Shown here: in pieces, positions 35,299 through 54,192 of the stretch | Layout: each line of letters begins with the position of its first letter | Numbering within the stretch: the stretch's first letter is position 1 | Source of the DNA: Mytilus trossulus | Taxonomy: Eukaryota | Length of the DNA: 64,000 nt | Direction of reading: 5' to 3' | NCBI RefSeq assembly: GCF_036588685.1 | Contig: NC_086378.1 | Location: 33,914,001-33,978,000 of the forward strand | Position numbers and translations under genes: made by a program | The notes under the pieces: generated by a model | The model's database searches: none | Told to the model about the DNA's origin: nothing | The model's input: the letters and a program-made list of their open reading frames with translations, nothing else

Positions 35299-37007
35299 TG
35301 ATTTTTTCACCAAAACATAACTGGCCCTTTTCAGGGCCACCAATATTTTCAAAAAGAATCTATAAATTGTTGTACATGAAAATTAGAAACATAGCCGAAC
35401 CCCTCTTTTCCCCATCTCTCTCTCTCTCTTTTATTTCTTCTTGTTGAATCCATCTATATGCAAAGCAATACATAGACAAAAAATAAATTTTATGATATAT
35501 ATATACACACAAGTCTCATCACAAAAAAAAAGGGGGGTGTTTGTTTATCATGGTACATGTATGTCCTTGTGTGTAGAATATTAAATAGTACATTATATAA
35601 AAAAAGATCAACATATAAATGTTTCTATCTGTACTTCTGTTCTTTTCTTTTCTTCGCTTGTTTTGTCTTGTCTTCTTTTGATGTATTATTTACACCAGTA
35701 GTCTAGACCAAAGAAAGAGAACCCACCAACTGGCCAAAATATAACCTTTTTTTTTTAAGTTAGAGTTTAAATATCTTGTATAATTCATTAATTTGAATAT
35801 TTCTTTTAGAAAGCTGATATTACAGGGTACTTTTATCAAAAATTTAGAGCTCTTTTTCAGTCAGAATTGTAAAGAATTTTTTTATCATGTATGTAGTAAT
35901 ATATTTTGTCCACTTTAGAGTCTTGTCTTGCTGCTAGTTAACAAAATCATGAAATTTCTATTTAAATTAATATAATTTCGGTACGGGTCCAAGTAGTCCC
36001 CACAAAATTTCAATGTAGGAAGTCCATGTAAGCATATATCTTGCACTTATAAGCTTTTTTATATGATAAAAAGTGGTTTTCAGACTTATTATAAACTTTT
36101 CTGGCTAAAAGAAGTCTTCAGAATAGTAAGTACATGTGTGCGCATTAACATTTTTATTGGATTGGCTGATGAAATTGTCATCGTCATACTGTGATAAATA
36201 TAGAATGCGTTTAAAAATAAAATTGAAAGGAAGATGCACACATAAGAAGTTTTACCCGCAGTCAGGGGCATCTCTTTTCTTCACTGTAATACCTAGAAAA
36301 AAAAAATCTTTAATAGTAATAACAGTAACAGTTTTATTCATACATTCTCCCATTTATGATCTGAAGTACCTGCAGCAGATCGTTGATGGATGGCAAGCAC
36401 AGCTTGACAGATGATGTTGAGTTATGAAAGACAGTAGAAAACTGCAAGCATGTAAAATCTGTGATGTATCCAATTTCTGGATACATCAAATAGACAAATA
36501 GATAACCAGTATTCCTAGATATGTCTGTGAGGTTTATTTTTTCCCCAACTAAATTCCATTCCATTAAGTTGAAATGTGTATTGTCATTGAATGAAAATGT
36601 CTGTTCAGAGAAAGCAAATAATTATCTTTATAATTTTGACTGTCTAAAGTGATTTTCATTTATCATTTATTTATCATACTATTCTATCTTAAAATGAAAA
36701 CTTTTCAACATTTTGGAACTTTTTTTGTCTCCTTCAGTCATTTTTATTCCGATTGAAATAATAGTTTTTTCTTAAAAATTTACTGTCTGATATGAATTAT
36801 TATATTTTTCAGACCTAGAATGAAAAAGTGGATTGAAAGTGTACACAGTTTAAGGCAGTACAGAGTTACCTCCCGGAATAAAACAACGTAAGCCAATCAG
36901 ACAACAGTTAACTGAAAATGTGTGATACTTCTTTTACGGCCGCGTTGGTGATATATAAAGAGTCGCTGTTAGACGGAAAGTATTATTTAACTAATCACCA
37001 CAAATAG

Positions 37008-37325
<318 letters not shown>

Positions 37326-38176
37326 ACAGCCACCCAGCTAATATCAACAACGGCCCTTTTCAGGGCCACCAACATTTTTCAAAAAGAATCTTAGATTTGT
37401 TGTACATCGTTTTAAACAAAATCTTGAAATCAAAGCTTGCTCCCACTTCTATTCTTTTCTCTAATGTTCATGAATTTTTCAACCGTTTTTCTTGTTTTCC
37501 CTGATCCTGATCCGCAACTATTTTCTCTCTCTCGTTATACCCCCCCCCCCCCCCTTTTTTTTTTAAATATCTGGCTTTCTTTTTAATTAACTTCCTTACT
37601 CTTACTCTTGTATTTATTTGAGAATTTATATTTCTGAAGGTTTATGAATACGTTCAAAGATCAAGTCCGTGCATTTGCCTACATGAAGAGAGAAAATTTC
37701 AAAACAAAATGCACGGACTTTTACACACAAAATCTGTAGATTCTGTTATATTCAATTATAGAGGTTTTTTTTGCGTGGTTTAAGATTAGGTAATGTTCTT
37801 GTTTCCGTGTAAAATAATTCTCGCAATATTTTTTTTCTCTCGAAAAGCAAAAGAAATCGTAAATTTATCAACTCTATTAATTGGAATGAAAGCACTGTTT
37901 TGTTCTTCATGATTTATGTATTTACGCTTTGTAGTTTTGACAGACAAATTAAATGCTACAGAATGAGTGAAATACACGTATATTTGTTATACAGATAGAA
38001 AGAAGAGAAAAGTAACCATATACTATTGAAATAGTTTGAAAGTGGTTATAGCTGGGGTTGGGATTTATAGCTTTGTTTAGAAGTTTGACATTGATGTACA
38101 ACAAATGTAAATTCTTTTTGAAAAATGTTGGTGGCCCTGAAAAGGGCCGTTTGTGAAGTTATAAACTTCAGACTGT

Positions 38177-38552
<376 letters not shown>

Positions 38553-38822
38553 GTTACTGGTTTGATAATCAAATAAGTAATGGTGAAAAATTATTTTCAA
38601 TTTGTTTATATACTGGGCAAAACGGATTGAAAGATTTTATTAAACGCGAACCTCGGAGAGAGCACCCATAACATGTTGAATGTTCGGTAGCCTAACTGCT
38701 CGCAGAGAGCTTCGTTCTGATTGGTGTATAATAAAAACATCGTTCAATCCGTTTAGTGGGTATATAAGCTAAATTTTGAAGAAAAATTGTATCACTTTAC
38801 TCAGTGTCGATCAACCAAATAG

Positions 38823-39206
<384 letters not shown>

Positions 39207-40398
39207 AAAGTGGATATATCGGATTACTCACTTAACAACGGCCCTTTTCAGGGCCACCAATATTTTTCAAAAGAGTCTAAAATTGTTGTACATCTTAGTA
39301 ATACTTTATTCCCCATACATAATTGAAAAAAATATATTCTACTACATAACAAATAAAAAATGTCTAAAATATAAATGTCCCTTCTTCCGTGATTCTTCTT
39401 TTCTTCTCTCTCTAACGCATCCCATTTAAGTACAGTTCTTATAGCATAACACTAAGTCTAGTAACTTTTTCAGTCTTCTTCATCAGAACATTTATTGTCG
39501 TACTTTCTGACTCTTTGAACCCACAAGTAGCTCAGTTAAATCATATAATGTTTGTCGGGGGGAAAAAAAACCACTGATAGTATTTATATTTAATACTAGT
39601 CTGCTCTCTTCTTTCTCTCTCTTGGTTATTGATGCGAGCATGCTTAGATTCATCTGAGAAGGTGTGTGGTTTTTTTTTATTATTATAATTATTTATAGTT
39701 TTTGTTAACATTATCTCTTTCGTCAACACTTTTATATATGATATGTACTTTCCATTCTTTTCCTTTTTCCATTTTTTTCAGCATCTCTCTCTCTGTCTTT
39801 CTGTCTTTATTTAGTTATTGTTTGTGTATTAAAGATGTGGAATTGATGTAAGCACACCGACAATCAGACAATGTGACAAATGTGCCCAGCCCAAATGAAA
39901 ATCATACCACATCTTCTTTTTTTATATTAAATATACATAAATATGACATAATACAACAATAAAGAAACTCAGCCGATCCGCACAATGTCATGTCGGGAAT
40001 GTGTAATTCCATTTGTTTCTGTTTTTTTATTTTTATTTCGCTTTGTTTGTGTTATAACTGCATTTTATTTTTATTTTTTCCTGTTTTTATTTTTCGTTCC
40101 TTTCCTTAATGTTTCTGCATGTATTTTGACCTTTTTTCATTATTATTATTTTTCTTCTTCAGATTTATCATATTGAAACCGTGACACTAATTTACTATTG
40201 TTGAGCTATGAGGGATGATCAGAAACTGTAATTATGAATGAAAAAAGGGGGCATTTTTACTGTCAGCTTGGGTTGAGCAGTTTTTCAGTAAAAAATGGAT
40301 TGAAAACTGTCAAAGTAACTGTCAAAGTCCCTTACAAATCAGTCCAATCAGATTTAAGATATGCGGACCAATCAACGCCAGCTTTATGTAAGTGGTGA

Positions 40399-40914
<516 letters not shown>

Positions 40915-41639
40915 GAAGTGTGATTTTTTCACCAAAACATAACGGCCCTTTTCAGGGCCACCAATATTTTTCAAAAAGAATCTATAAATTGTTGTACATG
41001 AAAATTAGAAACATAGCCGAACCCCTCTTTTCCCCATCTCTCTCTCTCTCTTTTATTTCTTCTTGTTGAATCCATCTATATGCAAAGCAATACATAGACA
41101 AAAAATAAATTTTATGATATATATATACACACAAGTCTCATCACAAAAAAAAGGGGGGTGTTTGTTTATCATGGTACATGTATGTCCTTTGTGTAGAATA
41201 TTAAATAGTACATTATATAAAAAAAGATCAACATATAAATGTTTCTATCTGTACTTCTGTTCTTTTCTTTTCTTCGCTTGTTTTGTCTTGTCTTCTTTTG
41301 ATGTATTATTTACACCAGTAGTCTAGACCAAAGAAAGAGAACCACCAACTGGCCAAAATATAACCTTTTTTTTTAAGTTAGAGTTTAAATATCTTGTATA
41401 ATTCATTAATTTGAATATTTCTTTTAGAAAAGCTGATATTACAGGGTACTTTTATCAAAAATTTAGAGCTCTTTTTCAGTCAGAATTGTAAAGAATTTTT
41501 TTATCATGTATGTAGTAATATATTTTGTCCACTTTAGAGTCTTGTCTTGCTGCTAGTTAACAAAATCATGAAATTTCTATTTAAATTAATATAATTTCGG
41601 TACGGGTCCAAGTAGTCCCCACAAAATTTCAATGTAGGA

Positions 41640-42295
41640 AGTCCATGTAAGCATATATCTTGCACTTATAAGCTTTTTTATATGATAAAAAGTGGTTTTC
41701 AGACTTATTATAAACTTTTCTGGCTAAAAGAAGTCTTCAGAATAGTAAGTACATGTGTGCGCATTAACATTTTTATTGGATTGGCTGATGAAATTGTCAT
41801 CGTCATACTGTGGATAAATATAGAATGGCGTTTAAAAATAAAATTGAAAGGAAGATGCACACATAAGAAGTTTTACCCGCAGTCAGGGGCATCTCTTTTC
41901 TTCACTGTAATACCTAGAAAAAAAAATCTTTAATAGTAATAACAGTAACAGTTTTATTCATACATTCTCCCATTTATGATCTGAAGTACCTGCAGCAGAT
42001 CGTTGATGGATGGCAAGCACAGCTTTGACAGATGATGTTGAGTTATGAAAGACAGGTAGAAAACTGCAAGCATGTAAAATCCTGTGATGTATCCAATTTC
42101 TGGATACATCAAATAGACAAATAGATAACCAGTATTCCTAGATATGTCTGTGAGGTTTATTTTTTCCCCAACTAAATTCCATTCCATTAAGTTGAAATGT
42201 GTATTGTCATTGAATGAAAATGTCTGTTCAGAGAAAGCAAATAATTATCTTTATAATTTTGACTGTCTAAAGTGATTTTCATTTATCATTTATTT
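41640..42295 (+). mobile_element. Putative decayed hAT-superfamily transposase C-terminal fragment in the H3-H4 spacer (every unit; about 1120-1780 minus in unit 1)
   Basis: Manual translation across stops and frameshifts gives DVSNFW...YFFP(TNS)..VEMC/SLNENVCSEKANN..NFDCLK*FSFIIY, resembling the hAT dimerisation motif FW..P.L..A..P..S..ER.FS......R..L; not confirmed by search. Confidence 0.4.
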
Positions 42296-42630
42296 ATCAT
42301 ACTATTCTATCTTAAAATGAAAACTTTTCAACATTTTGGAACTTTTTTTGTCTCCTTCAGTCATTTTTATTCCGATTGAAATAATAGTTTTTTCTTAAAA
42401 ATTTACTGTCTGATATGAATTATTATATTTTTCAGACCTAGAATGAAAAAGTGGATTGAAAGTGTACACAGTTTAAGGCAGTACAGAGTTACCTCCCGGA
42501 ATAAAACAACGTAAGCCAATCAGACAACAGTTAACTGAAAATGTGTGATACTTCTTTTACGGCCGCGTTGGTGATATATAAAGAGTCGCTGTTAGACGGA
42601 AAGTATTATTTAACTAATCACCACAAATAG

Positions 42631-42948
<318 letters not shown>

Positions 42949-43799
42949 ACAGCCACCCAGCTAATATCAACAACGGCCCTTTTCAGGGCCACCAACATTT
43001 TTCAAAAAGAATCTTAGATTTGTTGTACATCGTTTTAAACAAAATCTTGAAATCAAAGCTTGCTCCCACTTCTATTCTTTTCTCTAATGTTCATGAATTT
43101 TTCAACCGTTTTTCTTGTTTTCCCTGATCCTGATCCGCAACTATTTTCTCTCTCTCGTTATACCCCCCCCCCCCCCTTTTTTTTTTTAAATATCTGGCTT
43201 TCTTTTTAATTAACTTCCTTACTCTTACTCTTGTATTTATTTGAGAATTTATATTTCTGAAGGTTTATGAATACGTTCAAAGATCAAGTCCGTGCATTTG
43301 CCTACATGAAGAGAGAAAATTTCAAAACAAAATGCACGGACTTTTACACACAAAATCTGTAGATTCTGTTATATTCAATTATAGAGGTTTTTTTTGCGTG
43401 GTTTAAGATTAGGTAATGTTCTTGTTTCCGTGTAAAATAATTCTCGCAATATTTTTTTTCTCTCGAAAAGCAAAAGAAATCGTAAATTTATCAACTCTAT
43501 TAATTGGAATGAAAGCACTGTTTTGTTCTTCATGATTTATGTATTTACGCTTTGTAGTTTTGACAGACAAATTAAATGCTACAGAATGAGTGAAATACAC
43601 GTATATTTGTTATACAGATAGAAAGAAGAGAAAAGTAACCATATACTATTGAAATAGTTTGAAAGTGGTTATAGCTGGGGTTGGGATTTATAGCTTTGTT
43701 TAGAAGTTTGACATTGATGTACAACAAATGTAAATTCTTTTTGAAAAATGTTGGTGGCCCTGAAAAGGGCCGTTTGTGAAGTTATAAACTTCAGACTGT

Positions 43800-44174
43800 T
43801 TACTTGCTGCTGGTGTATTTAGTGACGGCTTTGGTACCTTCACTGACAGCGTGCTTGGCCAATTCTCCGGGTAAGAGAAGACGGACAGCGGTCTGGATCT
43901 CCCGGGATGTGATGGTAGATCTTTTGTTGTAGTGTGCCAATCGGGAAGCCTCTGCTGCGATTCTCTCGAAGATATCGTTGACGAAGCTGTTCATGATGGA
44001 CATTGCCTTTGAGGACACTCCGGTGTCGGGGTGAACTTGTCTCAAGACTTTGTAGATGTAGATAGCATAGGATTCACGTCTCTTCCTCCTCCTTTTCTTA
44101 TCACCGCCGGGTCTGGCAGTCTTTGCCTTGGTGACGGCCTTCTTGGCTCCTTTAGTTCCTACTTTGGGTGGCAT
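43800..44174 (-). CDS. H2B: Histone H2B
   Basis: Identical 124-aa H2B. Confidence 0.99.
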   Translation of the reverse strand: MPPKVGTKGAKKAVTKAKTARPGGDKKRRRKRRESYAIYIYKVLRQVHPDTGVSSKAMSIMNSFVNDIFERIAAEASRLAHYNKRSTITSREIQTAVRLLLPGELAKHAVSEGTKAVTKYTSSK

Positions 44175-44444
44175 GTTACTGGTTTGATAATCAAATAAGT
44201 AATGGTGAAAAATTATTTTCAATTTGTTTATATACTGGGCAAAACGGATTGAAAGATTTTATTAAACGCGAACCTCGGAGAGAGCACCCATAACATGTTG
44301 AATGTTCGGTAGCCTAACTGCTCGCAGAGAGCTTCGTTCTGATTGGTGTATAATAAAAACATCGTTCAATCCGTTTAGTGGGTATATAAGCTAAATTTTG
44401 AAGAAAAATTGTATCACTTTACTCAGTGTCGATCAACCAAATAG

Positions 44445-44828
<384 letters not shown>

Positions 44829-46009
44829 AAAGTGGATATATCGGATTACTCACTTAACAACGGCCCTTTTCAGGGCCACCAATATTTTTCAAAAAGAGTC
44901 TAAAATTGTTGTACATCTTAGTAATACTTTATTCCCCATACATAATTGAAAAAAATATATTCTACTACATAACAAATAAAAAATGTCTAAAATATAAATG
45001 TCCCTTCTTCCGTGATTCTTCTTTTCTTCTCTCTCTAACGCATCCCATTTAAGTACAGTTCTTATAGCATAACACTAAGTCTAGTAACTTTTTCAGTCTT
45101 CTTCATCAGAACATTTATTGTCGTACTTTCTGACTCTTTGAACCCACAAGTAGCTCAGTTAAATCATATAATGTTTGTCGGGGGGAAAAAAAACCACTGA
45201 TAGTATTTATATTTAATACTAGTCTGCTCTCTTCTTTCTCTCTCTTGGTTATTGATGCGAGCATGCTTAGATTCATCTGAGAAGGTGTGTGGTTTTTTTT
45301 TATTATTATAATTATTTATAGTTTTTGTTAACATTATCTCTTTCGTCAACACTTTTATATATGATATGTACTTTCCATTCTTTTCCTTTTTCCATTTTTT
45401 TCAGCATCTCTCTCTCTGTCTTTCTGTCTTTATTTAGTTATTGTTTGTGTATTAAAGATGTGGAATTGATGTAAGCACACCGACAATCAGACAATGTGAC
45501 AAATGTGCCCAGCCCAAATGAAAATCATACCACATCTTCTTTTTTTATATTAAATATACATAAATATGACATAATACAACAATAAAGAAACTCAGCCGAT
45601 CCGCACAATGTCATGTCGGGAATGTGTAATTCCATTTGTTTCTGTTTTTTTATTTTTATTTCGCTTTGTTTGTGTTATAACTGCATTTTATTTTTATTTT
45701 TTCCTGTTTTTATTTTTCGTTCCTTTCCTTAATGTTTCTGCATGTATTTTGACCTTTTTTCATTATTATTATTTTTCTTCTTCAGATTTATCATATTGAA
45801 ACCGTGACACTAATTTACTATTGTTGAGCTATGAGGGATGATCAGAAACTGTAATTATGAATGAAAAAAGGGGGCATTTTTACTGTCAGCTTGGGTTGAG
45901 CAGTTTTTCAGTAAAAAATGGATTGAAAACTGTCAAAGTCCCTTACAAATCAGTCCAATCAGATTTAAGATATGCGGACCAATCAACGCCAGCTTTATGT
46001 AAGTGGTGA

Positions 46010-46525
<516 letters not shown>

Positions 46526-48240
46526 GAAGTGTGATTTTTTCACCAAAACATAACGGCCCTTTTCAGGGCCACCAATATTTTTCAAAAAGAATCTATAAAT
46601 TGTTGTACATGAAAATTAGAAACATAGCCGAACCCCTCTTTTCCCCATCTCTCTCTCTCTCTTTTATTTCTTCTTGTTGAATCCATCTATATGCAAAGCA
46701 ATACATAGACAAAAAATAAATTTTATGATATATATATACACACAAGTCTCATCACAAAAAAAAGGGGGGTGTTTGTTTATCATGGTACATGTATGTCCTT
46801 GTGTGTAGAATATTAAATAGTACATTATATAAAAAAAGATCAACATATAAATGTTTCTATCTGTACTTCTGTTCTTTTCTTTTCTTCGCTTGTTTTGTCT
46901 TGTCTTCTTTTGATGTATTATTTACACCAGTAGTCTAGACCAAAGAAAGAGAACCACCAACTGGCCAAAATATAACCTTTTTTTTTAAGTTAGAGTTTAA
47001 ATATCTTGTATAATTCATTAATTTGAATATTTCTTTTAGAAAAGCTGATATTACAGGGTACTTTTATCAAAAATTTAGAGCTCTTTTTCAGTCAGAATTG
47101 TAAAGAATTTTTTTATCATGTATGTAGTAATAATTTTGTCCACTTTAGAGTCTTGTCTTGCTGCTAGTTAACAAAATCATGAAATTTCTATTTAAATTAA
47201 TATAATTTCGGTACGGGTCCAAGTAGTCCCCACAAAATTTCAATGTAGGAAGTCCATGTAAGCATATATCTTGCACTTATAAGCTTTTTTATATGATAAA
47301 AAGTGGTTTTCAGACTTATTATAAACTTTTCTGGCTAAAAGAAGTCTTCAGAATAGTAAGTACATGTGTGCGCATTAACATTTTTATTGGATTGGCTGAT
47401 GAAATTGTCATCGTCATACTGTGGATAAATATAGAATGGCGTTTAAAAATAAAATTGAAAGGAAGATGCACACATAAGAAGTTTTACCCGCAGTCAGGGG
47501 CATCTCTTTTCTTCACTGTAATACCTAGAAAAAAAAATCTTTAATAGTAATAACAGTAACAGTTTTATTCATACATTCTCCCATTTATGATCTGAAGTAC
47601 CTGCAGCAGATCGTTGATGGATGGCAAGCACAGCTTTGACAGATGATGTTGAGTTATGAAAGACAGGTAGAAAACTGCAAGCATGTAAAATCCTGTGATG
47701 TATCCAATTTCTGGATACATCAAATAGACAAATAGATAACCAGTATTCCTAGATATGTCTGTGAGGTTTATTTTTTCCCCAACTAAATTCCATTCCATTA
47801 AGTTGAAATGTGTATTGTCATTGAATGAAAATGTCTGTTCAGAGAAAGCAAATAATTATCTTTATAATTTTGACTGTCTAAAGTGATTTTCATTTATCAT
47901 TTATTTATCATACTATTCTATCTTAAAATGAAAACTTTTCAACATTTTGGAACTTTTTTTGTCTCCTTCAGTCATTTTTATTCCGATTGAAATAATAGTT
48001 TTTTCTTAAAAATTTACTGTCTGATATGAATTATTATATTTTTCAGACCTAGAATGAAAAAGTGGATTGAAAGTGTACACAGTTTAAGGCAGTACAGAGT
48101 TACCTCCCGGAATAAAACAACGTAAGCCAATCAGACAACAGTTAACTGAAAATGTGTGATACTTCTTTTACGGCCGCGTTGGTGATATATAAAGAGTCGC
48201 TGTTAACGGAAAGTATTATTTAACTAATCACCACAAATAG

Positions 48241-48559
<319 letters not shown>

Positions 48560-49412
48560 ACAGCCACCCAGCTAATATCAACAACGGCCCTTTTCAGGGC
48601 CACCAACATTTTTCAAAAAGAATCTTAGATTTGTTGTACATCGTTTTAAACAAAATCTTGAAATCAAAGCTTGCTCCCACTTCTATTCTTTTCTCTAATG
48701 TTCATGAATTTTTCAACCGTTTTTCTTGTTTTCCCTGATCCTGATCCGCAACTATTTTCTCTCTCTCGTTATACCCCCCCCCCCCCCCTTTTTTTTTTTA
48801 AATATCTGGCTTTCTTTTTAATTAACTTCCTTACTCTTACTCTTGTATTTATTTGAGAATTTATATTTCTGAAGGTTTATGAATACGTTCAAAGATCAAG
48901 TCCGTGCATTTGCCTACATGAAGAGAGAAAATTTCAAAACAAAATGCACGGACTTTTACACACAAAATCTGTAGATTCTGTTATATTCAATTATAGAGGT
49001 TTTTTTTTGCGTGGTTTAAGATTAGGTAATGTTCTTGTTTCCGTGTAAAATAATTCTCGCAATATTTTTTTTCTCTCGAAAAGCAAAAGAAATCGTAAAT
49101 TTATCAACTCTATTAATTGGAATGAAAGCACTGTTTTGTTCTTCATGATTTATGTATTTACGCTTTGTAGTTTTGACAGACAAATTAAATGCTACAGAAT
49201 GAGTGAAATACACGTATATTTGTTATACAGATAGAAAGAAGAGAAAAGTAACCATATACTATTGAAATAGTTTGAAAGTGGTTATAGCTGGGGTTGGGAT
49301 TTATAGCTTTGTTTAGAAGTTTGACATTGATGTACAACAAATGTAAATTCTTTTTGAAAAATGTTGGTGGCCCTGAAAAGGGCCGTTTGTGAAGTTATAA
49401 ACTTCAGACTGT

Positions 49413-49787
49413 TTACTTGCTGCTGGTGTATTTAGTGACGGCTTTGGTACCTTCACTGACAGCGTGCTTGGCCAATTCTCCGGGTAAGAGAAGACGGACA
49501 GCGGTCTGGATCTCCCGGGATGTGATGGTAGATCTTTTGTTGTAGTGTGCCAATCGGGAAGCCTCTGCTGCGATTCTCTCGAAGATATCGTTGACGAAGC
49601 TGTTCATGATGGACATTGCCTTTGAGGACACTCCGGTGTCGGGGTGAACTTGTCTCAAGACTTTGTAGATGTAGATAGCATAGGATTCACGTCTCTTCCT
49701 CCTCCTTTTCTTATCACCGCCGGGTCTGGCAGTCTTTGCCTTGGTGACGGCCTTCTTGGCTCCTTTAGTTCCTACTTTGGGTGGCAT
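49413..49787 (-). CDS. H2B: Histone H2B
   Basis: Intact 124-aa H2B. Confidence 0.99.
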   Translation of the reverse strand: MPPKVGTKGAKKAVTKAKTARPGGDKKRRRKRRESYAIYIYKVLRQVHPDTGVSSKAMSIMNSFVNDIFERIAAEASRLAHYNKRSTITSREIQTAVRLLLPGELAKHAVSEGTKAVTKYTSSK

Positions 49788-50019
49788 GTTACTGCTGGTT
49801 TGATAATCAAATAAGTAATGGTGAAAAAATTATTTTTCAATTTGTTTATATACTGGGCAAAACGGATTGAAAGATTTTATTAACGCGAACCTCGGAGAGA
49901 GCACCCATAACATGTTGAATGTTCGGTAGCCTAACTGCTCGCAGAGAGCTTCGTTCTGATTGGTGTATAATAAAAACATCGTTCAATCCGTTTTAGTGGG
50001 TATATAAGCTAAATTTTGA

Positions 50020-50449
<430 letters not shown>

Positions 50450-51738
50450 AAAGTGGATATATCGGATTACTCACTTAACAACGGCCCTTTTCAGGGCCAC
50501 CAATATTTTTTCAAAAAGAGTCTAAAATTGTTGTACATCTTAGTAATACTTTATTCCCCATACATAATTGAAAAAAATATATTCTACTACATAACAAATA
50601 AAAAATGTCTAAAATATAAATGTCCCTTCTTCCGTGATTCTTCTTTTCTTCTCTCTCTAACGCATCCCATTTAAGTACAGTTCTTATAGCATAACACTAA
50701 GTCTAGTAACTTTTTCAGTCTTCTTTCATCAGAACATTTATTGTCGTACTTTCTGACTCTTTGAACCCACAAGTAGCTCAGGTTAAATCATATAATGTTT
50801 GTCGGGGGGAAAAAAAAACCACTGATAGTATTTATATTTAATACTAGTCTGCTCTCTTCTTTCTCTCTCTTGGTTATTGATGCGAGCATGCTTAGATTCA
50901 TCTGAGAAGGTGTGTGGTTTTTTTTTTATTATTATAATTATTTATAGTTTTTGTTAACATTATCTCTTTCGTCAACACTTTTATATATGATATGTACTTT
51001 CCATTCTTTTCCTTTTTCCATTTTTTTCAGCATCTCTCTCTCTGTCTTTCTGTCTTTATTTAGTTATTGTTTGTGTATTAAAGATGTGGAATTGATGTAA
51101 GCACACCGACAATCAGACAATGTGACAAATGTGCCCAGCCCAAATGAAAATCATACCACATCTTCTTTTTTTATATTAAATATACATAAATATGACATAA
51201 TACAACAATAAAGAAACTCAGCCGATCCGCACAATGTCATGTCGGGAATGTGTAATTCCATTTGTTTCTGTTTTTTTATTTTTATTTCGCTTTGTTTGTG
51301 TTATAACTGCATTTTATTTTTATTTTTTCCTGTTTTTATTTTCGTTCCTTTCCTTATGTTTCTGCATGTATTTTGACCTTTTTTCATTATTATTATTTTT
51401 TCTCTTCAGATTTATCATATTGAAACGTGACACTAATTTACTATTGTTGAGCTATGAGGGATGATCAGAAACTGTAATTATGAATGAAAAAAGGGGGCAT
51501 TTTTACTGTCAGCTTGGGTTGAGCAGTTTTTCAGTAAAAAATGGATTGAAAACTGTCAAAGTCCTTACAAATCAGTCCAATCAGATTTAAGATATGCGGA
51601 CCAATCAACGCCAGCTTTATGTAAGTGGTGAATCCAATCGTCACCGTGATTTCAATCCTCCCGGCAAGCACAAAAAACACATTCACCGAAATTTTCAAGT
51701 ATTCTTTCTGTAGCAAATCGTCCACAGAGCTAATAATC

Positions 51739-52148
<410 letters not shown>

Positions 52149-53876
52149 GAAGTGTGATTTTTTCACCAAAACATAACGGCCCTTTTCAGGGCCACCAATA
52201 TTTTTCAAAAAGAATCTATAAATTGTTGTACATGAAAATTAGAAACATAGCCGAACCCCTCTTTTCCCATCTCTCTCTCTCTCTTTTATTTCTTCTTGTT
52301 GAATCCATCTATATGCAAAGCAATACATAGACAAAAAAATAAATTTTATGATATATATATACACACAAGTCTCATCACAAAAAAAAGGGGGGTGTTTGTT
52401 TATCATGGTACATGTATGTCCTTGTGTGTAGAATATTAAATAGTACATTATATAAAAAAAGATCAACATATAAATGTTTCTATCTGTACTTCTGTTCTTT
52501 TCTTTTCTTCGCTTGTTTTGTCTTGTCTTCTTTTGATGTATTATTTACACCAGTAGTCTAGACCAAAGAAAGAGAACCACCAACTGGCCAAAATATAACC
52601 TTTTTTTTTAAGTTAGAGTTTAAATATCTTGTATAATTCATTAATTTGAATATTTCTTTAGAAAAGCTGATATTACAGGGTACTTTTATCAAAAATTTAG
52701 AGCTCTTTTTTCAGTCAGAATTGTAAAGAATTTTTTATCATGTATGTAGTAATATATTTTGTCCACTTTAGAGTCTTGTCTTGCTGCTAGTTAACAAAAT
52801 CATGAAATTTCTATTTAAATTAATATAATTTCGGTACGGGTCCAAGTAGTCCCCACAAAATTTCAATGTAGGAAGTCATGTAAGCATATATCTTGCACTT
52901 ATAAGCTTTTTTATATGATAAAAAGTGGTTTTCAGACTTATTATAAACTTTTCTGGCTAAAAGAAGTCTTCAGAATAGTAAGTACATGTGTGCGCATTAA
53001 CATTTTTATTGGATTGGCTGATGAAATTGTCATCGTCATACTGTGGATAAATATAGAATGGCGTTTAAAAATAAAATTGAAAGGAAGATGCACACATAAG
53101 AAGTTTTACCCGCAGTCAGGGGCATCTCTTTTCTTCACTGTAATACCTAGAAAAAAAAAATCTTTAATAGTAATAACAGTAACAGTTTTTATTCATACAT
53201 TCTCCCATTTATGATCTGAAGTACCTGCAGCAGATCGTTGATGGATGGCAAGCACAGCTTTGACAGATGATGTTGAGTTTATGAAAGACAGGTAGAAAAC
53301 TGCAAGCATGTAAAATCCTGTGATGTATCCAATTTCTGGATACATCAAATAGACAAATAGATAACCAGTATTCCTAGATATGTCTGTGAGGTTTATTTTT
53401 TCCCCAACTAAATTCCATTCCATTAAGTTGAAATGTGTATTGTCATTGAATGAAAATGTCTGTTCAGAGAAAGCAAATAATTATCTTTATAATTTTGACT
53501 GTCTAAAGTGATTTTCATTTATCATTTATTTATCATACCTATTCTATCTTAAAATGAAAACTTTTCAACATTTTGGAACTTTTTTTGTCTCCTTCAGTCA
53601 TTTTTATTCCGATTGAAATAATAGTTTTTTCTTAAAAATTTACTGTCTGATATGAATTATTATATTTTTCAGACCTAGAATGAAAAAGTGGATTGAAAGT
53701 GTACACAGTTTAAGGCAGTACAGAGTTACCTCCCGGAAATAAAACAACGTAGCCAATCAGGACAACAGTTAACTGAAAATGTGTGATACTTTCTTTTACG
53801 GCCGCGTTGGTGATATATAAAGAGTCGCTGTTAGACGGAAAGTATTATTTAACTAATCACCACAAATAGTTAAAAC

Positions 53877-54192
<316 letters not shown>

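Noticed and set aside
44975-44980. AATAAA downstream of H2A, and of H3 near 46714, as poly(A) signals
   Set aside because: Expected by chance in this AT-rich spacer, not at consistent positions, and not seen after H4 or H2B. Needs 3' end data.
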